In this document: positions 18,998 through 27,397 of the stretch, piece by piece
Layout of the letters: the number at the start of each line of letters is the position of its first letter
Position numbering within the stretch: position 1 is the stretch's first letter
Origin: Deltaproteobacteria bacterium
Lineage (GTDB): Bacteria > Myxococcota_A > Polyangia > Polyangiales > Houyiibacteriaceae
Direction: 5' to 3'
NCBI GenBank assembly: GCA_034670305.1
Contig: JAXMNT010000009.1
Coordinates: 1 to 64,000 of the forward strand
DNA: 64,000 bases
Made by a program: the position numbers and the translations under genes
Notes under the pieces: generated by a model
The model's input: only the letters and a program-made list of their open reading frames with translations
The model's database searches: none
What the model was told of the DNA's origin: nothing

Positions 18998-20087
18998 ACC
19001 GAGCGTCAGGGTTGGCGTGGCGCTGTGCATGGGGTTGGTGCTCTCGGGCACGTGGCGTGCGCAGGCCCAACCGCCGCCAGAGGTCGAAGTCGAAGCACAG
19101 GCCGAGGTCGAAGCCGCACCCGAGGGCGAGTCGCCCGATGTGGCGCCGGATGTGGAGGTGGCACCGGAGCCGCCTGAGGATCCGCAGCAAGTCGAAGCTC
19201 GGGAACGGTTCCGCCAGGGACTGATGCTTGCCCGCTCCGGCAACTGCGCCGGCGCGCTCGCAGAGCTCAATGCGTCGCTCGCGATCGTCGAGCGCCCGAA
19301 CACGCTCTTCAACATCGCCCGCTGTCACGAAGAGCTGTTCCGCTACGACCTCGCGGTCGCGAGCTACGAACGGTACTTGGCCATCGCGCCGCCGGATGCC
19401 GAAGATCGCGGCGCGGTGGAAGCGACCATGCGCTCGCTCCGCGGTCTGCTCGGTACGATCGTCATCGCGTCGAACGTGCCCGCGGAAGTCTGGATCGGCG
19501 ACCGGGTCGTCGGCGCCGCGCCGGGCGAAGTGCTCGTTCCCGGCGGTCGGCACGCGGTGGAGCTTCGGGCCGAGGGCTACATCTCCGCCCGCCGTGAAGT
19601 CGAAGTCGCGGGCCGCGGCCGCGCGTCGGTCTCGATCGATCTCGAGAGCGCCGAGGTCAATGTGACCAACGTGACGAACGTCGAAGAGAACGTGAACATC
19701 ACCGAAGACGGCGGCGCGCCACCGGCGGTCTTCTACAGCGCGCTCGGCCTCACCGTTGCGGCCGGCATCGTCGGTGTCGCGTTTGCCGGCCGGGCGATGG
19801 CGAGCGGCAACCGCACCGAAGGGCTGGACCCACTCGACCGCGCGGGCATCGAAGCCGGCAACGCGGAGACCAGCGATTCCCAACTGCTCGCCGACATCTT
19901 CTTCGGCGCGACCGGCGCGCTCGCGATCACCACCATCGTGCTCTACTTCTTGACCGACTTCGACGGCGAGACCGATCCCGACGCGCACCGCGACGGAGAA
20001 CGCGACAGCGACCGCGACGTCGAGGTCACGCCGAGCGCGTGGTTGAACAGCGGCGGCGGCGGACTCTCGCTCCAGGGGCAGTTCTGA
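18987..20087 (+). CDS. TPR + PEGA domain protein with a hydrophobic hairpin and C-terminal GLSLQGQF, about 366 aa
   Basis: Signal peptide; TPR-like ARERFRQG...TLFNIARCHEEL...YERYL; PEGA (AEVWIGD...GRHAVELRAEGY); two hydrophobic segments; terminal Phe. Overlaps the kinase stop. Confidence 0.88.
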   Translation: MTSEPSVRVGVALCMGLVLSGTWRAQAQPPPEVEVEAQAEVEAAPEGESPDVAPDVEVAPEPPEDPQQVEARERFRQGLMLARSGNCAGALAELNASLAIVERPNTLFNIARCHEELFRYDLAVASYERYLAIAPPDAEDRGAVEATMRSLRGLLGTIVIASNVPAEVWIGDRVVGAAPGEVLVPGGRHAVELRAEGYISARREVEVAGRGRASVSIDLESAEVNVTNVTNVEENVNITEDGGAPPAVFYSALGLTVAAGIVGVAFAGRAMASGNRTEGLDPLDRAGIEAGNAETSDSQLLADIFFGATGALAITTIVLYFLTDFDGETDPDAHRDGERDSDRDVEVTPSAWLNSGGGGLSLQGQF

Positions 20088-21652
20088 TGGCGCGTGTACT
20101 CAACCTGCTCGGATGCATCCTGTGCGCCCTGGTGTCGTCCTGCAGCCTCACCGCGCTTGATGAAGTGCAGGCCGAGGCCTGCATCGTCGGCGTCGGCCCC
20201 GCGACCGACTTCTCCGCCGCCCACGCGTTGTGCGCCGACCGACTCGGACCTTCGATGCCGCTCGACGACGCCTGCGAAGCGCACGTGTGCGCGCTCCGCA
20301 TCGACGATCAAGCGTTCTGTACGATCGCGGCACCGGACATGGACGGTGATGGTGTCGGCGCCGCGGACTGTGTCTCGGATGCGAGCGGATTGCCGCGCGA
20401 CTGCGACGACTCCAACCCCGCCGTCGCGGAAGGCAAAAGCGAGATCTGCGACGGCCTCGACAACGACTGCGATGGCCGCGTGGACGAGGACGCGCTCATC
20501 GTGGGCGAGTCGTCTCGGGTCTCGGAACCCGACGGGGACGCCGACAACGTCGTATTCGGCGCGGGCCCCGGCGGCACCTTGGTCGCGGCCCAGCGGCGGG
20601 ACACCGGAGAGCAGCTGCTCTTTACGTGGCGCGAAGGCAGCGCACCCCGCCAAGCCGGCACCTTCAACCTGCGCGACGCCGCGGGGCTGAGCGACGACCC
20701 AGGTCTCGCCGCCGTCGGTCTGCCGAGCGGCGAAGTGCTCGCTTCGTTCTCGCCGATCGTCGCGGGCTGCACCCAGATGTTGACCGTCGCGTCGATCGAC
20801 GGCGCCACCGTCTCGAGCGGCAACTTCGAAACCGGCCTGCCGGACACGGGCGGCGCGGTTTGCCCCGAGCGCACCGAAGCGCAGCGCGCGCCCGCGGTCG
20901 CATTCAGCGGGACGCGGCGTTTGGTCGCGTGGTTGGCCGCGATGCGCAGCGGCACGCCCGCGACGGCTGGCGTTCGATTGGCCGGTGGCAGCACCACCGA
21001 CGGAGTGACCATCGCCGGGCCCGCGCTCGACGGCGGCACCGCGCTCAACCGCGCGGGACCGGCGGTCCTCGGACTCGATCCTTCGCTCGGCTTCGTACTC
21101 GCGGTCGCGGAAGAGGACGGTTTGTTCGTCGCGCTGGTGGACGTGGACGGCAGCGGTGCGGTGTCGATCCGCGAGCGCGTCGAAGTGACCTCGGACGAGG
21201 TCGACGAGCTCACGTTGGCGGCTGGTCCGACCGCGGACGGCACCACCCAGGTGGGCATCGCGTGGCGGTTGGGCGAAGGCAACAACGGCCGGGTCGCCAT
21301 GGCGCGGCTGGCCGCCAGTGCGGATGGCCTCGTGGTCGGTGAGACGACCGAAGCGGGCGACGAACCGGGCCAGGCCGCGCCCGCGCTCGCGTACTCGGAC
21401 CGGCCGCGCGGCTGGCTCTTGGCGTGGACCGAACGCAGCAGCGAGCTGCACGCCCGCATGCTCGGCCAAACCGAAGGCACCGCGAGCGATCCGATGCGCC
21501 TCTTCGGTGCGATGGACGTGGGCGCGACCTCGGGCGTGCGTTCGGTCGGCGTGGCGGCGAGAACCGATGGCGGCTTCGGCGTGGCGACGCACGCGCGCGG
21601 CGGAGACGACGCCGGCATCTACGTGACCTTCCTCGGCTGCGACGGCAGCTGA
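20087..21652 (+). CDS. MopE-type repeat lipoprotein with a beta-rich C-terminal domain, 521 aa
   Basis: TGATG coupling to the previous gene; lipobox LVSSC; one DCDDSNP...[16 protein letters not shown] unit preceded by APDMDGDG, as in the three giant paralogues. Confidence 0.85.
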   Translation: MARVLNLLGCILCALVSSCSLTALDEVQAEACIVGVGPATDFSAAHALCADRLGPSMPLDDACEAHVCALRIDDQAFCTIAAPDMDGDGVGAADCVSDASGLPRDCDDSNPAVAEGKSEICDGLDNDCDGRVDEDALIVGESSRVSEPDGDADNVVFGAGPGGTLVAAQRRDTGEQLLFTWREGSAPRQAGTFNLRDAAGLSDDPGLAAVGLPSGEVLASFSPIVAGCTQMLTVASIDGATVSSGNFETGLPDTGGAVCPERTEAQRAPAVAFSGTRRLVAWLAAMRSGTPATAGVRLAGGSTTDGVTIAGPALDGGTALNRAGPAVLGLDPSLGFVLAVAEEDGLFVALVDVDGSGAVSIRERVEVTSDEVDELTLAAGPTADGTTQVGIAWRLGEGNNGRVAMARLAASADGLVVGETTEAGDEPGQAAPALAYSDRPRGWLLAWTERSSELHARMLGQTEGTASDPMRLFGAMDVGATSGVRSVGVAARTDGGFGVATHARGGDDAGIYVTFLGCDGS

Positions 21653-21670
21653 CGGGGGGACAGAGGCGAC

Positions 21671-21908
21671 GGCATCGGCTTCGGCGTCGGATTCGGCGTC
21701 GGCGTCGGATTCGGCGTCCGCGTCGGGGTCGGCTTCGGCTTCGGATTCGGCTTCGGCTTCGGACTCGGCTTCGGATTCGGATTCGGCTTCGGATTCGGCT
21801 TCGGATTCGGCTTCGGCTTCGGCTTCGGCGTCGGCTTCGGCTTCGGCGTCGGCTTCGGCTTCGGCTTCGGCGGTCGGCTTCGGATTCGGATTCGGCTTCG
21901 GCGTCGGT
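21671..21908. repeat. Hexamer tract (GGCTTC/GGATTC/GGCGTC)n, the reverse complement of (GAAGCC)n
   Basis: About 40 tandem hexamers downstream of stop 21652. Confidence 0.95.
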
Positions 21909-21980
21909 GTCCGCTCCGACCACACAGCATCAGCCTCAGCACCAGCCTCCGCTCAGGCGATCACCACCACTGTCTCTGTC

Positions 21981-22039
21981 GCTGATGCTGCCGCTGATGC
22001 TGCCGCTGATGCTGCCGCTGATGCTGCCGCTGCCGCTGC
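21981..22039. repeat. 12-mer tandem repeat (GCTGATGCTGCC)4 plus GCTGCC units
   Basis: Directly visible. CAGCATCAGC at 21925-21934 is the exact reverse complement of GCTGATGCTG. Confidence 0.9.
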
Positions 22040-22113
22040 GCGATGGCTGCCCACAACCGTCCACGTGATCATGCCTGCGGGCGTTGGGTGACTTGTCGAC
22101 GCCCCTTCGTTTC

Positions 22114-22146
22114 GGGGGGAGTTCGGGGGGAGTTGAGGGGGGAGTT
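22114..22146. repeat. Three direct repeats of GGGGGGAGTT
   Basis: Copies start at 22114, 22125 and 22137 (11 and 12 bp spacing) in intergenic DNA. Confidence 0.85.
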
Positions 22147-22198
22147 CCGTCGCAGAGCCGCAGGGATGCCGGTGCCGAAGCGTCGTCAGCCCGCGTCG

Positions 22199-22831
22199 TC
22201 AGCCCGCGTCGTGGTCGTGCGCGTGTTCGCCGGCGTCGTGATCGTGCTCACCGGCGTCGTGGTCGTGGTGTTCGCCCGCGTCGTGGTCGTGGTGTTCGCC
22301 GGCGTCGTGGTCGTGGTGTTCGCCGGCGTCGTGGTCGTGGGTGCCGCCATCGTGGTCGTGGGTGCCGCCATCGGGATGGAAGTGTTCCGTGGGGCTGTCG
22401 ACCACGTAGAGCCAGGTGCCTCCGCCGGTGAGTTCGAAGAGGTAGTCGCCTTCGGCGTGCACGTGCACGCGGTAGTCGGAGAGATCGCCGGGGCAGGGGC
22501 CTGCCTGAAAGGCGGAGGGGAGGCCGAGGTCGGTTGTGGCGAGGGTCGCGCCACGCTCGACGAAGATGGCGTGGTCGTGGTGGGGATGGGGCACGCGGAG
22601 GGTGAAGAAGCCCGGCCCGGTGAGGGTGACGGGGGTGTTCGCCACGACGACCACGTCCGCTGCTCCTGCCGCATCCGAGCTCGGCGTCAACGTCGCGCCC
22701 GCCATCGCGCGCGCGGTGCAGGCTTCGGTGGCTGGCGCGTCGGACATGCCGACCGGCGGCGCGTCGTCACCGCAGGCGACGGCACCGAGAAGAAGGAAGA
22801 CAACGCTGCCCAAACAATGACGGAACTTCAT
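22199..22831 (-). CDS. His-rich putative metal-binding lipoprotein, 210 aa
   Basis: MKFRHCLGSVVFLLLGAVAC-GDD lipobox; internal PHPHHDH and HVH; C-terminal (DAGEHHDH)n tail with 20 His. Confidence 0.88.
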   Translation of the reverse strand: MKFRHCLGSVVFLLLGAVACGDDAPPVGMSDAPATEACTARAMAGATLTPSSDAAGAADVVVVANTPVTLTGPGFFTLRVPHPHHDHAIFVERGATLATTDLGLPSAFQAGPCPGDLSDYRVHVHAEGDYLFELTGGGTWLYVVDSPTEHFHPDGGTHDHDGGTHDHDAGEHHDHDAGEHHDHDAGEHHDHDAGEHDHDAGEHAHDHDAG

Positions 22832-22910
22832 GGGTGGGACAGTTGCGCGGGTTGGGGGCTGGAGCAAGTGACAAGCGGTGCGCGGGACCGGTGGTTCGAG
22901 GCCCATGCTC

Positions 22911-23020
22911 AAGCCGATGCCGAAGCCGAAGCCGAAGCCGAGCCGAAGCCGATGCCGATGCCGAAGCCGATGCTGAAGCCGATGCCGAAGCCGACGCCGG
23001 AGCCGAAGCCGACGCCGGAC
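22911..23020. repeat. Hexamer tract (GCCGAA/GCCGAT/GCCGAC)n
   Basis: About 18 units between divergent starts at 22831 and 23070, with one 5-nt phase slip. Confidence 0.92.
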
Positions 23021-23069
23021 GCAAGGACCGCGAGCCGTGATCTGCGGGCCAGGGTGTAGAATCCGTTGT

Positions 23070-24251
23070 GTGGATGGACGAACGGTGTGTTGGGTGGCTC
23101 TGGGGTTGGCTTTGGGTGTGGGGTGTGGGGAGACGAGCGACCCGCCTCTGGACGCCAGCAGCGACGGACTTCTTGATGGTGGGTCCGACGCTGGGTCGGA
23201 CACGGGACCGCCGGAACCGCTTCCGTTGCCTGCGCTCGAAGACCTCGAGGCGGAGACGTGGAACGAGCTGCTGCCGGGTGGCGCGACGGTCTGTTCGCGC
23301 GGGAGTGAGTTCGCGTTCTTCGTGCACCCAGGGACCGTGGACAAAGTGGTGGTCGACTTCATCGGGGGCGGGGCGTGCTGGAACCAGACGACGTGTTCCA
23401 TCGCGGACGCGATCTTCAGTGACTCGGTGGAGCCGGTGCGGCGCGCGGTGGCCGAAGACATGCCGGTCGGGATCTACGACCGCGCACACGAAGACAACCC
23501 GTTCCGCGATTGGACCCACGTGGTCATTCCGTACTGCACCGGCGACATCCACTGGGGCGATGCCCGGGCGGAGTACGGACGGCTGTCGATCGAACACCGC
23601 GGGGCGGTCAACGCGCGCGTGGTCCTGGACTGGGTCTACGAGAACTTCGTCGCGCCCGAGCAGGTCTTCGTCACCGGCTGCAGCGCCGGCTCGTACGGAT
23701 CGATCGCGTGGTCGGCCTACTTGATGGAGCACTACGAGGGCGTGCCGATTTTGCAGCTCGGTGACTCGGGCGCGGGCGTCATCACAGAGAGCTTCTTCCG
23801 CGAGAGTTTCCCGAGTTGGAATGCGGCGGCGATGTTGCCGGACTGGATCGACGGACTCGATCCGGAGATGGTCGACATCTTCGAACTCGAGCTTGCGGAC
23901 ATCTACGAGCTCATCGGCGCGCAGTACCCCGCGAATACGATCGCTCAGTACAACACGACGTTCGATAACAACCAGACCTTCTACTACGAGGCGATGGGCG
24001 GGGAGGGCGGCGCCGCCGGGTGGAGCGAACGCATGCTGGCCTCGACCGGGCGAATCACCGAATCGACCGAGAACTTCCACAACTACCAGGCGCCGGGCGA
24101 GCAGCACTGCGTGATCGTTCAAGAGAACTTCTACGAGGTGGAATCGAACGGGGTGCGGCTGGTCGATTGGATCCAGGCGCTCGTCGATGGCGCCGCGCTG
24201 CCCGACGTCGCGTGCGTCGATTGCGACCGGCCCACGCCCGGCACCGAGTAG
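23070..24251 (+). CDS. Pectin acetylesterase-family (Notum/PAE-like alpha/beta hydrolase) lipoprotein
   Basis: Lipobox LGVGC; GGGACW, PYCTGDIHWG, nucleophile motif GCSAG, DSG, HC near the C-terminus. GTG start inferred. Confidence 0.88.
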   Translation: MDGRTVCWVALGLALGVGCGETSDPPLDASSDGLLDGGSDAGSDTGPPEPLPLPALEDLEAETWNELLPGGATVCSRGSEFAFFVHPGTVDKVVVDFIGGGACWNQTTCSIADAIFSDSVEPVRRAVAEDMPVGIYDRAHEDNPFRDWTHVVIPYCTGDIHWGDARAEYGRLSIEHRGAVNARVVLDWVYENFVAPEQVFVTGCSAGSYGSIAWSAYLMEHYEGVPILQLGDSGAGVITESFFRESFPSWNAAAMLPDWIDGLDPEMVDIFELELADIYELIGAQYPANTIAQYNTTFDNNQTFYYEAMGGEGGAAGWSERMLASTGRITESTENFHNYQAPGEQHCVIVQENFYEVESNGVRLVDWIQALVDGAALPDVACVDCDRPTPGTE

Positions 24252-24304
24252 GTCCCTCACGCCAGGCTTGACCGCACGGCGACCAAGGGACTACGCCGCT
24301 CCTC

Positions 24305-25480
24305 ATGGCGGGTGGCGGCGGCGACGGCAAGAGCTGGATCTACATGTTGGGCGGCGGCGGGGCTGTGCTCGGCGCCGCGTTCGCCATCGAGAAGTTCCAC
24401 GTGGGCCCAGGCTGGCTGCACCCACTGCTCTTGGCCGTCGGCGGGTTGGCCGTCGTGTTCGGCTCGTGCGAGGCGATGATCAAGTGCGTCGAAGGCATCG
24501 GCGAACGGGCCGGCTGGAATACGTTCGTCGCGGGCACCTTCGCGGGCCTGGCGTCCAACGTGCCCGAGCTCGTCATGCTGGGGTTCGTGCTCGCGACGGA
24601 GCCCCGAGTGGGGTTCATCGTCACGTGCTTGACCCTGCACGTCGGCGCGCTCGCGTTCGGTGTGTACAGCGCGCTCTTGCCCCGGGACGCGACGGGACAC
24701 GCGCGGCTGCCCGACGCACTCGTGAAGATCAGCACCGACCTCTACGCGGCCGCGGCCGGGGTCTTCCTCGGCACGGGCGCGCTGATGCTCTTGATGTACG
24801 TCTTCAACGCCGGCGAACACGGGGGGGAGGGCCTCGGCGTGGCCGACCTCTACGTGCTCGGTGGGGCGCTCCTCTTCATCGAGGCGGTCGCGCTCTGGCG
24901 GCTCATCGCGCGCTTCGCCGCCTCCGATGAACCGGAAGAAGAACTCGAGACCGGCGACGGCGACGAAAACAAAGGCCCGAGCGTCGGCTCGATCGTCTTT
25001 TACGGCTTGCTCGGGGTCGGCACGAGCGTCGTCGGTGGCCACGCGGTCGGTGATTTCGCGGACATCCTCGTGACCGGGCTGGAAGCGCAGGGCTACTCCG
25101 AGATGGTCGGCGCGCTGATCCTCTCCGTGTTCGCTGCGGCGGGCGCGTTCGCGATGATCATCAGTTCGCACCGCAAGGGCCTGTTCGACGTCGCGCTCGC
25201 GGCGGCGTCCGGACAGATCAACCAGGTCCCCTTTGTGGTCCTCCCCATCGCGCTCATCCTGCTCGCGGCGTTTGCACAGACCGGCGTCATCGGCGTGCAC
25301 TCGAGCGGGGCGGTGCTGCCGATCGACCTCGAGACCACCTCGGTGGTGTTCCTGGCGTTCCCTCCGATGTTGATGCTCTGGAAAGCTGTGCAGGACGACG
25401 GCAAGGTCAACTGGGTGGAGACCGCCAGCATGATCGCGGTGTTCGGACTCGTCGTGTACTTCCTCGCCATGCACGGCTGA
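24305..25480 (+). CDS. CaCA-superfamily cation/H+ antiporter (ChaA/CAX-like)
   Basis: About 11 TM helices in two halves separated by an acidic loop (DEPEEELETGDGDE); alpha-1-like LASNVPEL; QVPFVVLP and DDGKVNWVE resemble the CAX C-terminal half. Confidence 0.75.
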   Translation: MAGGGGDGKSWIYMLGGGGAVLGAAFAIEKFHVGPGWLHPLLLAVGGLAVVFGSCEAMIKCVEGIGERAGWNTFVAGTFAGLASNVPELVMLGFVLATEPRVGFIVTCLTLHVGALAFGVYSALLPRDATGHARLPDALVKISTDLYAAAAGVFLGTGALMLLMYVFNAGEHGGEGLGVADLYVLGGALLFIEAVALWRLIARFAASDEPEEELETGDGDENKGPSVGSIVFYGLLGVGTSVVGGHAVGDFADILVTGLEAQGYSEMVGALILSVFAAAGAFAMIISSHRKGLFDVALAAASGQINQVPFVVLPIALILLAAFAQTGVIGVHSSGAVLPIDLETTSVVFLAFPPMLMLWKAVQDDGKVNWVETASMIAVFGLVVYFLAMHG

Positions 25481-25576
25481 TTCGCGACCGGTTCTGCGGT
25501 CGCTCCGGGTCGGGCTTCCACATCCGGGGCGGATGTGGCTCATTCCCAGGCCGGAATGGAGTAGGGTCCGCCGTCC

Positions 25577-26050
25577 ATGGATCTCTTCCTCGTGCGACAT
25601 GCCGTCGCCCAGCCCCGCGACTCGGGTTGGAAAGACGAAGCACGGCCGCTGACGCCGGACGGCGTCGCCAAGATGAAACGCAGCGTCGCGGGGTTGGCGA
25701 AGCTCCGGGTGGGGTTCGATCTCGTACTGCACAGTCCGTGGAAACGGGCGGTACAGACCGCCAAGCTGATGATGCCCCTCGGCTCCGGTCGCACCTCCAC
25801 CGAATGGCTCGCGACCACCCCTTCGCTCGAGCTTCTGGCCGAAGCCGCCGAGTCGCCCCGCGTGGCCTTGGTCGGGCACGAGCCTTGGATGGGGGAGCTC
25901 TGCGCTTGGCTCGTGACGGGTGACATGGCGCTCGGATCGCAGTTCGTCTTCAAGAAGGGCGGGGTCGCGCATCTCCAGGGTCGGTGTGAACCGGGCGGCT
26001 GTCGGCTGCGAGCCCTGTGGACGCCACGGACCCTCCGGTCGGCCAGCTAG
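25577..26050 (+). CDS. sixA: Phosphohistidine phosphatase SixA
   Basis: LFLVRHA, DEARPLT, SPWKRAVQTA, LVGHEP, FKKGGVA. Confidence 0.9.
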   Translation: MDLFLVRHAVAQPRDSGWKDEARPLTPDGVAKMKRSVAGLAKLRVGFDLVLHSPWKRAVQTAKLMMPLGSGRTSTEWLATTPSLELLAEAAESPRVALVGHEPWMGELCAWLVTGDMALGSQFVFKKGGVAHLQGRCEPGGCRLRALWTPRTLRSAS

Positions 26051-27018
26051 TGGCGCGCAGCGCACCAGGCTCCGGCGCCACGCAACTTCTCCAGAGCCGC
26101 GCGACCCTCGAGGGCCGCGTGCTGTACCTCGACGCACCCCACGCGGACCGGCCGCTGCTCGATGGCGATCACTGGAGCGCGCGCTCGGCGGAGCTTCCAC
26201 CGGATGGATCGTGGGACCACTGCGTCGTGTACCTGCCGAAGGGGAAGCGGCGGCGGGATCTGTACCTCGCGTGGGCCGCTGCGCGGGCGCCGCACCTCTA
26301 CGTGGTCGGTGAGAAGCGCGCGGGCATCAAGGGGGTGGCGAAGGCGCTCGGCGCGGTGGGGCGTGCGCGCAACGTCGGTCACGGCAACCACTGTCAGCTG
26401 GTGACGTGTACCTTCGACGCGGTGGGTGCGCCGGTCGACCTCGACGACTGGTGCAGTTCGTTCGAGGTCGCAGCTGCGGGCAGCACGCGACGGTTCGTCT
26501 CGTTGCCCGGCGTGTTCTCTGAGGGTCATCTGGACCACGCCAGTCAGATGATGCTGACGGCATGGACGGCTTCGGACGCTGGAACCGATTGGGCCGGCAA
26601 GCGCGTGCTCGACGTCGGGTGTGGTGCCGGTGTGTTCGGCGTGACCTTGGCGGGCCTCGGGGCGCGTGTGACGTGCGTCGACGTGGACGCACTCGCGCTC
26701 GAGGCCACCCGGCGCAACGCGGAGAGCGCAGGACTGCGCGCCGAAGTGCAGTTCAGCGACGTCTACAGTGGCGTGCGCGGCGAGACCTACGACCACATCG
26801 TGACCAACCCGCCGTTCCACCAAGGCGTCGGCACCGAGTACGAGACGACGCGCCGGATCGTTGCGGAGGCGAAGGATCACCTGCGGCCAGGCGGAAGCCT
26901 GTGGGTCGTCGCCAACCGGTTCTTGCCGTGGCGCGAAGCGATGGAGGCCGCGCTCGGCCCAGTCGACGTGCTCCAAGAGTCCAACCGCTTCGTGGTGTGG
27001 CGCGCGACGCGCACGTAG
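26050..27018 (+). CDS. rsmC: 16S rRNA m2G1207 methyltransferase-like (RsmC/MTS family)
   Basis: YLPKGK, VVGEKRAGIKG, LPGVFS, LDVGCGAG, NPPFHQG, VANRFLP. GTG overlaps the sixA stop. Confidence 0.85.
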   Translation: MARSAPGSGATQLLQSRATLEGRVLYLDAPHADRPLLDGDHWSARSAELPPDGSWDHCVVYLPKGKRRRDLYLAWAAARAPHLYVVGEKRAGIKGVAKALGAVGRARNVGHGNHCQLVTCTFDAVGAPVDLDDWCSSFEVAAAGSTRRFVSLPGVFSEGHLDHASQMMLTAWTASDAGTDWAGKRVLDVGCGAGVFGVTLAGLGARVTCVDVDALALEATRRNAESAGLRAEVQFSDVYSGVRGETYDHIVTNPPFHQGVGTEYETTRRIVAEAKDHLRPGGSLWVVANRFLPWREAMEAALGPVDVLQESNRFVVWRATRT

Positions 27019-27390
27019 CCGACGCCGAAGCCCCGACGCCGAAGCCCGTGCCCGTGCCCGTGCCCGTGCCCGTGCCCGTGCCCGTCGAGCCCGATTCCGA
27101 AGCCGAAGCCGAAGCCGACACCGAAGCCGAAGCCGATGCCGAAGCCGACACCGAAGCCGAAGCCGATGCCGAAGCCGATGCCGAAGCCGGTGCCGAAGCC
27201 GATGCCGAAGCCGATGCCGAAGCCGGTGCCGAAGCCGATGCCGAAGCCGATGCCGAAGCCGATGCCGAAGCCGATGCCGAAGCCGATGCCGAAGCCGATG
27301 CCGAAGCCGACGCCGAGGCCGAGGCCGAATCCGAGGCCGACGCGGACACCCACACCGACGCCGACGCCCGGGCCGAAGCCGACAGCCCGA
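27018..27390. repeat. Compound hexamer tract: (GTGCCC)n, then long (GCCGAA/GCCGAT)n
   Basis: Fills nearly the whole 379-bp gap between the convergent rsmC and murJ stops; contains higher-order 12-mer (GCCGAAGCCGAT) units. Confidence 0.95.
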
Positions 27391-27397
27391 CCCGTTC

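Noticed and set aside
23085-23132. GT-rich stretch with several GGG runs (possible G-quadruplex)
   Set aside because: Explained by Val/Gly/Leu/Trp codons of the esterase signal peptide.
27018-27390. Hexamer tracts as CRISPR arrays or as PKPMPK/SASASA/RSRCRS proteins
   Set aside because: No repeat-spacer structure and no cas genes; period-6 tracts are open in most frames by construction and lack RBS or start context.
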